Shown: one piece after another, positions 40,307-54,750 of the stretch
How the letters are laid out: each line of letters opens with the position of its first letter
How positions within the stretch are numbered: position 1 is the stretch's first letter
NCBI RefSeq assembly: GCF_009914755.1
Contig: NC_060937.1
DNA length: 64,000 nucleotides
Reading direction: 5' to 3' (one strand)
Origin: the human T2T-CHM13v2.0 reference genome, Homo sapiens
Notes under the pieces: model-generated
What the model was told of the DNA's origin: nothing
Database searches by the model: none
Seen by the model: the letters and a program-made list of their open reading frames with translations, nothing else
Position numbers and translations under genes: made by a program

Positions 40307-40340
<34 letters not shown>
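40307..40340. repeat. (CA)17 microsatellite
   Basis: Pure run. Confidence 0.97.
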
Positions 40341-40344
<4 letters not shown>

Positions 40345-42124
40345 TTTATGTGGGTGAATCCCTATTGAACTTCAAACATTTATTGCAAACCACTTTGCCT
40401 TTTTATTTCAAAAAGAAAATGTGAATGACTACTCCTTATGTTAGAAAATTATTTAAAACCTAAAAAAGTGAAAATTTTACATGAGGATAAAGACTGTTAA
40501 CGTATACAATAAAGTCAGCAGTGCGTGTAAGAAATCTGAATATCGTCCTGACATTTTATATGTGTGTAAATTGAACTTCTAATCCAGAGAGAAGTCTGCT
40601 TTTAGTTAACTACTGCGAATAAACTTCTGTTTCTAAAATTCTCAGTCTCTGTCTTTGGGTAGGAGGAGGCAGCGGGATTTGTGGCAGAGAGATCCCCTTC
40701 CACCCCACCCCGAAGAGGCATTTTATTAATTTCTCTTGCTGAATTTTTGACCCTGTAAAGAAAAAAAGATGCATTGTACCAAACCACGCTACAAGACAGG
40801 CTCCTCCAGACGGGCTTTTTCCTTCCTGCTGAAGGACATGGATATCGGCTTTATGAGCTGGTTACAGTCAGCTTTATCGCCAAGCCAGTAGATTTTCTTA
40901 ATATACTTATTGCTGTTCTGTAAATAGCACAAAGGCAATCATGAATCTGAATCACTTATGGGGTCACAGTGAGATTGATAAAGGTAATCTTGGGAAGAAA
41001 GTGTTGAGTAGCCTAAATAATGAAACTAGTAATTGAAATTCTTTCTTATTGTGCAGGCTGACAGTCTCGAAACCAATTCTTTGAGTACCTATTGTCTATC
41101 TCTGAAATTTAATGAGATAATGCATGCTAGAAACACTTTATTCACCATACACAATTCTATGTAAATGCCAGCTGATAATATTAAAGATAATAATTGTATT
41201 AAAAATTTTAACTAACACATGAAGAGAGCTTCGAGATTGTCTAGTATGTTTCTTTACAAAGTTGATTGATTAAAAACTGCAATATGTTTTATTTGTTTCC
41301 TTATTTTCAAGAATATTTGGAAGAAAAAGCACTTGAAGCCTGGCTTTATGGTAATAATATAAAAACCAACAGGGCACTGGGTTTTTTTCCTTTAAAATGG
41401 TATGCCACCCTGATTTTTAAAATTCCAAGTTACCCTTTGATTCCCCTTAAAAGTGAGATAGGAGAAGAGATATGCTGTAAGTTCTAGGACAGGAGATGGC
41501 TAAACATGAACCCCGACATAGGTCTTCTTTGTGCTCTTAGGGTTGGCTTCATTTCTCTCATACCTGTTTCTCTTGTTTATTGATTGAAGTTAATGATATA
41601 ACTTGGAGCATTAGAATATTCCAATGTAAAATGTCATGGTTATTGAGGCAGTGGTGTTACTTATAAAAAAATTGTTTAGAACTCTAATATTTTCTTTAGT
41701 GCGTTCATTAAACAGCTAAAAGAAAGCAGAATGGTTAATTAGCAATATCATTTATTCCATATTTTAAATCACATTCTAGTTCATTCATCATTTTACTTCA
41801 AATAGCTTCATAAGCAGTTAATATTTGAATCTGCAGCCAATTAATTGCTCTACCTGTGAATTTTACCCCAAAATATAGGTTTACCCAAATCTAGAAAACA
41901 TTTACTACTCAACACTTTCTCCCCAATTACCTTTTCAGTCTCAAAGCGTATACGACAAACCCTTCATCACATGTTCTAAACTTTTCATCAGAAAACCTTG
42001 TTCTGGTTTAGTGTTTTAATGCTACATTAGAAATGATATTTCTTGGCAAATACTCCTTTCCATATTTATTATCTGGATTTAGCATGTAATTATTTATTAT
42101 TTGCATAGCAATTCACTTTTCATT

Positions 42125-42467
42125 ATATATACGTATGTGTGTGTATACACACACATATACACACATACATATATATATTTTAAGATGGAGTCTTTCTCTG
42201 TAACCCAGGCTGGGGTGCAGTGGTGCGATCTCGCCTCCACCTCCTGGGTTCAAGCGATTCTCCTGCCTCAGCCTCCCAAGTAGCTGGGACTACAGGCGTG
42301 TGCCACCACAACCAGTTAATTTTTGTATTTTTGTATTTTGTATTTTTAGTAGAGATGGGGTTTCACCATGTTGGCCAGGCTGGTCTTGAACTCTCGACCT
42401 CAGGTATCTGCTGCTTCAGCCCCACAAAGTGCTGGGATTACTGGCGTGAGCCACCGCACCCGGGGCC
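42125..42467 (-). mobile_element. AluS with tail decayed into a TA/CA microsatellite and small internal indels
   Basis: Reverse Alu body 42178-42467; ~12-bp deletion after gcgatctc; linker expanded to three ttttgta units. Confidence 0.9.
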
Positions 42468-45161
42468 CCATAATATTTCATAGTCATGGTTGAGGCTCTT
42501 GTACATGGGTGAATAGCTTAGTTGGTTAAAGCAGGAGACAGTGATTATAAGTCCCTGATACCACAGTCTCATATTTCACCCCAGACCTGAGCCAACCATT
42601 CCCAAAACATGTGCTATGGGTCTCCAAAGGGACAAAGCCCTAGCGTAATATCTCTAACCATTTAAAGCACAAAAAGAAAGAAATCTTGTGTTTATGATTA
42701 CTGTAAAGAATAATAAAATCAAGATAACTTTTTTTTTAGAATCCTCTCTTTCTTCTAAAATCCTATAAAATCAGATAAAGAAAAGGTGGGACAAAATCCT
42801 AAATGTAATGTTCAAACTGTCATATGTGGTGCCTTAATGGTTAATTTTCTATTAGTTATGTTTTATTATTAGAAGCAATAATGAGCAGTTATAATTTAAC
42901 ATTTTTATGCCAAGTCTATGGAAAATGTTATGCAAATTTTACTATTATTAGAAAGCTACAATTTGCAAGCCATTGTCACTCCATTCTTTTATTTAATCTC
43001 TTTTCTTAAAAGTGGCCACCCCCAACCCCACTCATTGTGAGTTGAAATTATTCAAATTAATGTCAAGTTGTTTATATATTAAACTATATTTTACCTTGAT
43101 ACTTAGTTTTTAAAAACACATAATTTCTGCTACACAATTTGGACAGCAGACTGTGATATATGATATACCTACTATATCGTCGTAATGGGCAAGGTTCATT
43201 ATAACAAAAATGTGTCCAGACTTAGTGAGATAATGTGAATTCCCTATTTCTCAACTTGCTTGCATTTTAAGATGTTCAGTCTGGAAAGTGTTTCCACTGT
43301 TTGTGAATGATTGTCCCTAGATGGTGGTGACATTTGACCTATTGTTCAGTTTTGAAGATGGAAATGACATGTTCGCAAGCATAAAAGCCCAGGGGGCATT
43401 TTTAGAATTTTTGTCTTAGAATGTTTTTAGTTTTATTTTATTTTCTGATGATAAAATACTTGCTTCCTCAAGGAAAAATATATAACATTTAATATCTTCT
43501 GGTAAACACTGGAGCCTGACAGTCTCCATTGCTAGAACACATGGTTTTTAAGAGCTGCTTAATGTCTGATGAAATGAAGATATCATTATTTATTTTAGCA
43601 TTTCCTGTTGCTTAACATTTACATTGGTTCTAATTGCTTATTTTCATAAATTGTGCTGTGATTAACATGCTGATACATAAATATTTAATCCCATGCCTAA
43701 TTTTTTCCTTTAGGATATATCCCTAGAAGTGCGAGCTTTAGGAGCCGCTGAATTTTCTTTACCCTTTGCATATCTGAGAAGGTTTTTCATTTTCATGTTG
43801 GAAATAAAATGCAATTGGGTGTACTGTTTTGAGTATTAGGTTTCCCCCCTCAAAGTTCTATAGACATATTTCTATTGGCTTTTGCTGTTTTATGCTGCAA
43901 AAGAGAAGTTGGAAGCCAATTGATTTGTTTGTAGTTAACTTTTTTGGGCAGGAGGCTAAGTAACTTTAGAAATCTTCCTTTGTCTTTGTGATTGCTACGA
44001 GGTTCCAGCTTGGCAAAGCTTTTTGCTGGCTTAGCCCAGGACACGGAAGTCTGGTTGGTTCTTCTTTCTCAGCTTTTTTTGGAACTTTCCAAGATTCTCT
44101 AAGCTACAGCTTTTAATTATTGCTTCTATTTCATTTGTTCTTTATTTCTTTTTTCTCTCCAGGAACACCAATAATTCTTAGGTTGAATCTTTGTTTTCTG
44201 ACTTCCATATCTGCCAATAGTTCTCTGAGCAGTTTAATCTCTTTTCCATGTTTCTCTATATTGTGTAAAAAAAAGTTTCAGGTATATTCTCCAGCTCATT
44301 GGTTCTATTTTATTTGCTGACAGTGCACTTTACTGCATCAAATTCAGGTTTTAATTCTGCTGTTGAGATGTTGGTTTCCTCTCATTCCTTTCTTATGTCA
44401 ACCAACTGCCACTTTTATTTCGGGCTGTCTCTTGGTCCCTTTTCAGCTCAGTCTGCCTTTTCCCCATCTTTACTGTTCTGTTGTATAAGTTCTTTAACAG
44501 GCATTGAGCTTTCTCAAGAATGAAGTTCTTGAACTTCATTAAAAACATAAACCAAAATGCTCTCTTCAATTTTTTTTTAATGATAAACCTTGAGCTCCCT
44601 TTCTGACCCTCCTTTTAGTATGCAGAATCTTTCCATCAGTCATTTTGGATTTTTGTTGCATGTTGAGCTATTCATTTGTTTGCTTTTTATTCATTCAATG
44701 ATCTTGAAAGAAAAGAAGTCTGTCCAGGCTTGGCTTGTTTTTATTTAAGACAGAGCTGAGAAATCATTTTAGACAGCCTCACTTCCTGCCTGATATCATT
44801 ACAATCCTCTCCTCCAACACTAAGTAGAAGGCTCCTTGATGGAAATTTGATTTAGCTCAGTGGTACAGCAGCTTCAAGATAGTATGGAGGGAGTTTTAGC
44901 CATGGTATATACAGCACAAGTATGTCATCTTTGCTGAGTTTCTTATTGTAAGGGGTTACTTCTCTCCAGCCAACTTTTTCTTTTCTTAACCTGGATGCCA
45001 AATATACAACTCAGCCAAGCCTCCTTGCCATTGCTATTTCCACTGCCCAGGAAGAAGAACTCTTGTACGGTCAGTTTTGGATTTGGTGCAGCTACTGGGC
45101 AGAACTTAGGAGTTTTCTGTAAAACTACTAGGAGCATGGAGACTTCAAGGCATGTGGCTGA

Positions 45162-45451
45162 GGGAATGGTTAATAGGTACAAAAATATGGTAATGTAGAA
45201 TGCGTGAGATCTAGTATGTGATAGCACAACAGGGTTACTACAGTCAACAATTTATTATAGAGTTAAAAATAACTAAAGGGGTATAATTCGAATGTTTGTA
45301 ACATGGAGAAAGGATAAATGCTTGAGGTGATGGCTACCCAATTTACCCTGATGTGATTATTACACATTGCATGCCTGTATCAAAGTATCTCATGTACCCC
45401 ATAAATAGATACACCTACTATGTACCCACAAAAATTAAAAACTAAAGAAAA
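45162..45451 (+). mobile_element. L1MA2/3-like 3' end
   Basis: gatagcacaacagggttactacagtcaacaat...ggataaatgcttgaggtgatgg...catgtaccccataaat...tatgtacccacaaaaattaaaaa; degenerate TSD aaggcatgtggctga / aagacatagctga. Confidence 0.85.
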
Positions 45452-45864
45452 AGACATAGCTGATACACTTTCTTAACCCTGCTTTAAGTTTTCTTTTTGC
45501 TGGAGATTAATAGGGAAAGTCAGATAGCTACTTGTGCTCAAGTGGATGTTGCACAAAAAAGTCAGAAGCTATTAGTAAACACGCACTGAAGTGTTTAAAG
45601 ATTTATTTTTGTTGTTGTTATTCTTCTTTGCATTGTTTTGTATTGTTAGAAGGACTTGTATGTCTATTATCCATGAAAGATTCTTTTTCCCTTTGTGGAT
45701 TATATTTTTAATTAGATCAATTGGTGAATCGATTGGTGAATAGAGCAAGTTGAGTTTATAAATAAATTTATTCTTTATTTTCCTTAACTTTTCAAACAAT
45801 ACTTACTGAAGAATAAGGCATCCTTTCTCCATGTGTGATATTTATTATCTTGTATCCTCAATTC

Positions 45865-46179
<315 letters not shown>

Positions 46180-47768
46180 GTATCCTCAATTCTTATATAT
46201 ACTGGGATCTCTTTCAAGAAATTATTAGTAAATTTCATTGATTTTTCTGTCTATTCTTTCCATAATAACAAATTGTTTTAATTGTTTTAGATTAATAGTA
46301 CATGTATCCAGATATACCAAAGCCAATCCCATAAATTGTGATTCTTTTCAGGAATTTATGTTCTGTCCTCATCTGCTGTTGCTTCCAGAGATATGCCACA
46401 ATCATTTTTCAGGTTCTTCCCCATACCCATACAGCCTCCCCAACAATAAAAAATCCCTTTGAGGTTTTATTAAAATAGGATTAAATCTACAAATTAATTT
46501 AGTAAGAACTAATATTTTTAGATGACAAGAATCTACAAATATCTTTCAATTATATTCAAATATTATTTTACATCTCTAAGTAAATTTTGTTAATTTTTTT
46601 GCTTGTCCAATACATTTTCAGTTAGCATTATTTCAAGCTGTCTTATTTTTATAAAGTTATTATAAATGAAATATTTTTCTATTATATATTCTACTTGATT
46701 ATTGCTAGAAAACAAGAAAATTATTGGTTCCATTTAATTTTATTTAGTTATCTCATTTCTGGCAACTTAACTGAACTCACTTTTTCCTTGTGAGAACTAA
46801 ATTTAATTCTCTTGAATTTTCTGGCTATATAATCATATCATCTGAAGATAATGATAACATTTTCTCCTCTTTTCCAGTAGCTATGCCATATATTACTGTT
46901 ACATGTTAATGCATTGGCTGCACCATTTCTTGACTTTTTGAAAATTTCGAACAGCTTCTTTTCTGAAAATTCTCAAAAATAAATGGTTAGTGACAGAGGT
47001 CTCTCTCTATTTTACATCTTGTTGTGAATATGAGTTTCCCACTGGGAATTTTAAACTAATTATAGCAACCAGCAGCAGATTTTTCATCTTGCTAACTGAA
47101 ATCTGAGACACTCAAGCATCTCATAAATATCAGTTTTATGATATTAAAAACAAAGTTCAGGATAGTACATTTAAGACTAATTACACATCAGTTTCCTGCT
47201 GGCATAGAAAATACAAATTGATATATACATTTAAAATAAAGATAACCAACTTGGTTTGCTTTGTTTCATCTATCCATCCATATATCCATTTATCTACTGA
47301 ACAAATATTTATTAAACTCTGTGCTTGAAGCAAAGAAATGAAAAAGTATAGTCCCAACCCTACAGAATCTCATCCTAGCCTTATTAGGGATGCATAGTTC
47401 TGCTCATATAATTGTGCCCCAAATGTTCATGGCTTGAATAGATGATATCAAGTGAAAATGTATATACTTATTAAGTTCTTATTATATTCTAATTATACGC
47501 TCCTGAGTTAAAATTTGATCCTTTGAGATAGACACACCTGTGGCAGGTGAGTAAAAACAAATATCACTTGTGGATCCTTTTCATTCATTACCAAAGCCCT
47601 CTCCAGTTTCTTGTATTCTTATCAAGGTTTCTCAGATGAGGAAAGTTGGGAAGAATGCAGGAAAATTAAACATGTTTCAAATTTACTAGTTTTATCACTC
47701 ATATAAAAAATTCTTTAGTTAATTCTCTTTGTAAAATAGCAATACACAAAACTTCTCATTTGAGACAG

Positions 47769-47850
47769 TAACATTGTATTTATTAATACGTATTAATTTA
47801 TTAATACGTATTAATAAGTTCTTATTAATACTTATTACAATACAATGTTA
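47769..47850. repeat. Nested AT-rich palindromes / inverted repeat
   Basis: Outer arms TAACATTGTATT / AATACAATGTTA; inner perfect 16-bp (47782-47797) and 20-bp (47798-47817) palindromes. Confidence 0.85.
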
Positions 47851-47925
47851 TATTGTGTAATGTTCTTTGGGCATTTACATTCCAGGAATGTGCTGAATTT
47901 TTTTTTTTAGGAATTTTCAATACAA

Positions 47926-48216
<291 letters not shown>

Positions 48217-49925
48217 CAATGCAAATTTTTAAAATATGTAAAATTTTAACTATTAAATGCTGCTGAGTAAGAAGCATTTAGATATTTAGATTAAAATGTT
48301 ATAACACTGAATAGTTTCCAAATGTGAAATGTTAATATTTCTTTCTCTTTGAAAAATAAACTATAACTTACACATAAAAATCTAAAATATAATTATTTTC
48401 AATTTTTGAAGCATGATAAGGGATTTTGATGCATTATGATTGAAAAGTATTTATCAATATTCTGAAAATAGCTCATGAAAATTTTGACTGTGAAAGTTTC
48501 AATTTAAACAAAATCCAGTGTTATTAACTTCCTCTGTCTCTAAAATGTCCACTGAAAGGCATTTGCCTCTATTCAGAAATTTTTAGAAATCTAAACATCT
48601 GATTTTAACTTCTGCGTTGACTTCTTTTGACCCTAAACCTACCCACCCCTCCACTGTTCCCCCCGCCTCTCTTTTATATGGGATCATAGGGATCGTAGGG
48701 ATATGAGACCCTCTAAACTTCCAAATTTGCTTTTTAATTACTGTAGTATTTTCAGCTATAGCATAAATTTTTAACAAAAACGGTCAATGTGATGGATTTC
48801 TCAAGGCAAGATTGAGTCTTGTCAAATATGAGCAAACACGACTGAAACCCAATAGATGCTACTTTTCAGCAGCAGGAACAGCCCAGGTACTCTTGGGTGG
48901 CCCTGATTTCAAGCAAATAAATCAGTATTTCCAGCCGCAAAGGTGACACTAAAGCCAGAGCATACATCATGACCATTTCAGGCATTTAGATGTGGAGAAG
49001 TATTATTTTCTTCTCCAACAAGGGTGAGTGATTCAGATGAAATCATCAACCTTAATGAACCTGTGCTTCTGCTGCAGGGTTAACAAACCAAACCCCAATG
49101 AGTCACAAGCAGCTCCCTAAGGATCCCTCCAACTGCGAGGCAGGAAACATGATTCTTGGCATGTCCAAGGTAGAAAGCACCTTGGAGACCCTGCTGTTCA
49201 CTATCTCAAGTTTTTCCACTGAAGCACCCTTAGAGCAGAGCAGAGTTAGAAGAACTGACAGAAGAAATCTGCTTAATTATCTAAAAAAGTCTTCTAAATC
49301 TTTCCTTCTACTCTATTGTATATCTTTGCTCTAATATAAAAAACACATTTTAAATTGCATACCACTTCAATTATTTGACTTTTCTGTTTAACCCTCATCA
49401 AGTTTTTAAGTAAAATGAATGCTTTCCTAGACTGCACTATGTTTTCCTTGGGCCACGTAGCCACTCACGTCTGAGTATGAAGACTGCAGCTTGGTCCAGA
49501 GTCGTCTTTTAGGATTGGGTAGACTGAGGACTGGACAGGAATTGTGACTTACTCTAAATCTCCCAGCTAGCATGTGACTGTGCAGGAACTAACACTCAAT
49601 CCTTCTAACTCCCAGACTTACCCATTTTCAAATAAACAATTAGGCAATGAGGCTACCCGTAGATGGCAGCCAAATGTATTTCAGAGAGCCTTCACTTTTT
49701 ACATTTTCCCACTTTGCAAATAGGAAAGCTGGTTGATCTTTTATTCAAGAAACTGTTTAGGACCTCATGTGCTGTGTTTAGATATAACACAGGAAGGGGA
49801 GGGCTGAGCCAATTATCCGTGAAGCATCCATAATCTACCTACTGACTTGCACATCCACTCACTCTTGGTAACTAAAGTGCTTCCCTTTCTAAAGAAAACC
49901 ACTGGGGAAGCCAAAAGCATCAGCT

Positions 49926-50348
49926 AAGATAGATAACTGTGAGCATGATCGTTTAGGAATGGATATGGTTTGAACTTATTCATGTTTAGAGAGAGTGTCA
50001 AATTGAGAACTAGGCAGATTCACCTACTCTACAAATGACTCTGAAGCAAATTGGTTGAAGAAATTAGATCTGAAAGATTCTTGGTGGAGAATTTTGAACT
50101 TTTATCAGTATATCCATATTTAAAAGGAGATAAAAGAAGACAAAATAAAAAAAATTATTGCAAGGCTGACAGAACAGTTGGATTAAACATCAGTTCAATT
50201 AAAAAGGACTAACAGATAAATCTTTTGAAGATAAATTTTGACTCCAGTTCTTTAGAGAAACTAAGGTGACCTTGATGGGCAGTGGAAAGAATCATGACAT
50301 GTGAAATTCCTTGAATAAAAATTTATTGACTTTAAGTAAAAAAAAAAA
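49926..50348 (+). pseudogene. Possible processed retrocopy (3' part of an unidentified polyadenylated RNA)
   Basis: AATAAA at 50314-50319 followed ~18 nt later by A11; not recognisable as Alu, L1 or LTR; parent unidentified and 5' boundary uncertain. Confidence 0.5.
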
Positions 50349-52891
50349 CTGCCAGCTTGGGACATGGATTTTTTTTAATCAATTTTTTTTTTTAAATATT
50401 GGAACTACTATTTGTGAAGCTGGGTGGAACCTTGGAATGCCTGTTAGTAGGCTTGCTGGGAAATTGGTTATAGCAACCAGCATAGTAAAGAACTCATAGT
50501 CAGACGTAATAAATATTTGCTGCTGATGAGTCATTCGTACTGGAAAAAGTGAAGCAGACAGGAATATCTCCGCCAAATGCTGCAGGTTATCAGAGTGGCC
50601 TTAACCAAAATTTCCATGAGTAATGTTGCAATCTTCTTACCATGGCTTGGTAAGACCTCCAGGAATGATAATGCCTTATACGAGTGTTCTGTTTTAAGTC
50701 CTCCAAATCTTCCATAGACAGTATGTAGATAGAATCTCAGGACAACCTGGTAGAGAGGAGGAAACTGAAGTTTTGAGTTCATTGGCTTGCCCGAGGGTAT
50801 AGGGTTGTATAAGCTGTTTCTTTTGATTCTTAGCAGTGTGGATTCAAGTAAGCAATCATTTCTCATTTAGAGGCACACTTTCGTTAAATGCTAAGTAAGT
50901 CATTTTGATTACCACCAACAAGACACATTTCAGTAAGCAGAACATCATTCACATCTGCACATACAGAGGGTTTCATTGTAATCATAAAAATTGTTTTGCA
51001 TTTATTTCATCGTTAGTTAAAAAGAGACTGTATTGGCAAAATAATACTTTAAATCGGAAAGCATTACTGCATGGCCAATTTGCTTTTTCATGCATGCCTT
51101 TTGGTGATTGGAATATGCAGAGAGCATGAATAGGTAACCCTGTGATAATCTGCATACCAGTAAAAGGTATTATTCAGACCCTACCTTTTTTTTTTTTTTC
51201 TTCCTCATTTTATCTTGTCAGGTTGGGTTTGATTCAAAGTCATTGGTTCTCTTAGAGAAGGAGGTCAGACCAGTTTAAGGAACAAGGAGCAGGAGAAGAG
51301 CAATTGAAGCCTGCACGTAGGAACTCAGATGATAAAATCGTTTTGGAAAATAATGAACAAGTAACTTGAGAGCTTGTCTTGAGGGTGGTATCACAGGTTA
51401 GGCCAGGTTATTAATTTTCCTACTCAGCAGTATGCCTCTTAAAAAACACTTACAGGGAAATGGATATGTTTTTGAAAGAAATGCAATTGGCAGAAGGGAA
51501 TGACGGAACTGCATGGAGTCCACAGGCCAGTGGACCTGGGAGAGCAAAACTACTTCCATGTAAATAAGAATTGCATAACTGAGAAAATACCCAAAAGATA
51601 CAGCTAACAGGACAGTGTTTAGTACACCAAAGTCGATGTCTCAAGATTTCTTGGTTCATCTTTATGATGCCAAAGCACACACCCTCTACCTCGTTTGTTT
51701 CAGTCACCCTGGGTTCTTGTTGGAATGGCCCAGGGAGCTCCATGTAAATCATGAGCACAGGCGCCTGTGCAGGGTGTGCTCCTCAGATTTTACATTTCAC
51801 TCCTCCATTCACAGGATTTAGGGGGGCACTGGCCCATTCCTCAGCTTCCCCTTCCATAAAATGTGAAGAACCACGTGTGCATCTCAGAAGTTGCTCGCGC
51901 CCAAGGGCAGATCAGTGACTGTGATTTCGCCTTTCTCCCCATTTCTCTGTTGCACTCCTCAAAGTGGTGGCCTGTTGTTACCATGGAGACACAGCACAGG
52001 GTGACCTTGCTTAGAAATGATGACAACTGGTGACGGCAGGGAAGCAGAGCCCAATAGTGACGAGCCTCTGAGGAGCGCCCCCCGTCTGGGAGGAGAGGAA
52101 ACAGAAGGATCTGTTCCCAAGTAAAGGAAGGGGCGGTAGGATGCAGGATTTCATGAGTCCTGCCTGATGCATTTAGCAATAACATTACCTAATAACTCGT
52201 GGTGTCACATTTTTACAGAAGATATGCTTTGTTGCCAGGGTTTTTTTTTTTTAATTCCTCTGAACTGGAGGCTTTAAACACAGTAAATATTTGTTGTTGA
52301 TTTCAATACCTAGCAGTTAGCTTAATTTCCTGAAAGATAAGAGGAATTGTTGACTCATTCATTTCTGTAGGCTACTTCATACTTGTGGTTTGAGTCATTG
52401 CTCATCGATGGCGATTTTTAGAAGTATGGCAGTACTTTCTTTCTTTCTTTCTTTTTTACTTCTAGGATGAAAGTAATAACAACAAAACAAAATCTTGTTT
52501 TAATAAATTACCCTCTTCCTGTTCCTAGATTACTGGGTTCTGCTTTTTCTGCTGAAGTCAAATAGTGGAAATTATATTTTGTTAAATATTAATAAAACCC
52601 CATCACCTGTGTGTGAGATCCTGCTGCTATCTTTCCCACAGTGTTCAAGTAAGTGACTAGCATTCTGTGTCCTTCTGAGGTCTTCTGAACCCTTGGATCC
52701 TCCAAGCCACATATCCCATATCAGGTTCTGTGCTAGAATAATTGGTTTCTGCAAAAATAGTGGGATGGGGCTGGATGTGGAAAGAGTTTGGACAACTGGA
52801 TGGCTCTTTCTGGTAGATTATCTCCGGCATAGGATCAATAGCCAGATCACAGATCTTAGGAAGGAGACCTGTGGCCACTGCCTCAAGGGCT

Positions 52892-53004
52892 CAGGCCAGA
52901 GGAAGGCCTGCTCTCTGTGACCTGAGTTCAGACATATGTTAACCCCCCAGGCCAGAGGAAGGCCTGCTCTCTCTGGCCTGACTTCGAGATATGTTAACCC
53001 CCAG
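52892..53004. repeat. 56-bp tandem duplication
   Basis: caggccagaggaaggcctgctctct...atatgttaaccccc x2 with a few substitutions. Confidence 0.9.
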
Positions 53005-53904
53005 AGTATGCAATGCTGAAGGTTCATGTGACTCAAAAATGCAGTCTTTCCTTGTGAGAGAATACCAGAGCCAAGGAATGGGGCCTCTTGGAGCTTAGCC
53101 TTAATGAGAATCATGTTCACATCTTCTCAGACTCTGAGCAATCTTTTCTGCTGATGGCCTTCAGGACCCAGCACTGCCCTCATTCAAGTTAGAGACCCTT
53201 TTCTAGGTCCAGGACCGCAGTATCTCCCACCACCACATCATGAAGACTGGGCTTGGGTGTGCTGGTGAAGTCTTGGTGCACAGTGGCATTCTCTATATAT
53301 TCTGTGCTAGGAGAAGAGAACATGTAAAGAAGAAGAATGAAACCTCTGGGGCACCAAGTCCCCCAGCTTTTGTCCTTTTCACAGTCCGGGGCATAAGCAT
53401 TCCAAATCTACCTCCCCAGTCCTCTTCACCCCTGCACCGACTCCTCAAGGCGCTGAGTGCTACAGGCAGAACCTGCCACCTTTTCACCCTCCCTGAATCC
53501 CCTTTTGTGCTCCCTCCTTGGTTCTGGACTTGGGAGCAGGAAGAAAATGGGCTCCATGCATGTCCCCCTTCCCCCGATTCAGATGCTCCTTTTAGATCCC
53601 ACGGCTCAAAAGGCCTGCTGACAAATCTAGGCCAAACTCAGCCGAGCTGGTAAGATTTCCAGAAGAGTTCCTAAAAATACACTTCTCCTTAAATCAGCCT
53701 TGCCAATCACTGTACAATCACAGAACTTTAAGGACAGAAGTGGCTCTAGAAATTGTTGGGGCCTCTCTGTTTTAAAGCTAAGAAACTGGAGTCCTAGCGT
53801 GCTGAAATAATAGCAACAACAGCGGTTGAGAAAGATTTCAAATCCCATCGAGAAGATGGAACAGAGCAAACCATGAAGGCGGGCACAGACTGTAAGCTCT
53901 GTGG

Positions 53905-54750
53905 CGTATTCATTCATTTATTTGCTCATTCATTCACTTGCTCACTCAGCAAATATCTATTCACTGCTCACTGTGTTCTAAAGTTAAATGTTGCCCTAGA
54001 TGTTAAGGATACAGACAGACCATCCCCTTACAGACATTACAGTCTGGTTGAGAGAGAAAATGCACAGATAAACAAGTATGCATGTGAGTGTTAAATAATG
54101 ATAAGGACTTTGGAGGGAAATAAAGCACGGTGAGTCAGAGTAAGGAGGTAAGACTGATGCAATATTACATCAGGAAAGACTGCCCCATAGGCTGACCTCC
54201 AAGCTATGTGACTATCTGGGACAAAAGTATTCCCAGCAGAGGGAACAGCGAGGTCAAAGCTCTAAGGCAGGATGTCCCTGGCTACTGAAGGAGCAGTCAA
54301 AGGCCAGGATGGTTGGGGGGAGTCAGAAAGTATGGGGCCAGTCACCGAGGTCAGTGTAGGCCGTCAGAAGACTCTTGACAGTCCCGCTCTGTGAGGTGGG
54401 GAGCCATTGGAGGTTCCTGGGCAGAAATGTGACATGATCTGATTACATTTTCAAAGAGTCCCTCAGGATGATTTATTGAGATGTGGCTGCAGTGCGGCAA
54501 GGGTAGAGGCATCAGTAGACTGGTGAGGAGGCTTTGCACTCATGTTGTGAGAGAGAATGCTGGCTCCAAGGCAGGGGCCAAGTGCAGCTGGTGAGAAGTG
54601 GTCAGACTCTGGCGCCGTTAGGAATGTGGATCCAGAGGCATCTGCCATTGGATCAGATGTAGGGTATCGGAGAGAGGGAGGAGGGGAGAAAGAAAGAACA
54701 CAAATGTCACTGTCTAGTGGGTTTTAAAGCCATAAAACTGTACAAAAGAG
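53905..54750 (-). mobile_element. L2 (3' end and body)
   Basis: attcattcatttatttgctcattcattcac...cagcaaatatctatt...gggagccattggagg...gaaatgtgacatgatctgatt. Confidence 0.75.

Noticed and set aside
47541-47552. Consensus donor CAG|GTGAGT
   Set aside because: No convincing upstream acceptor or pyrimidine tract; isolated donors are common in long introns.
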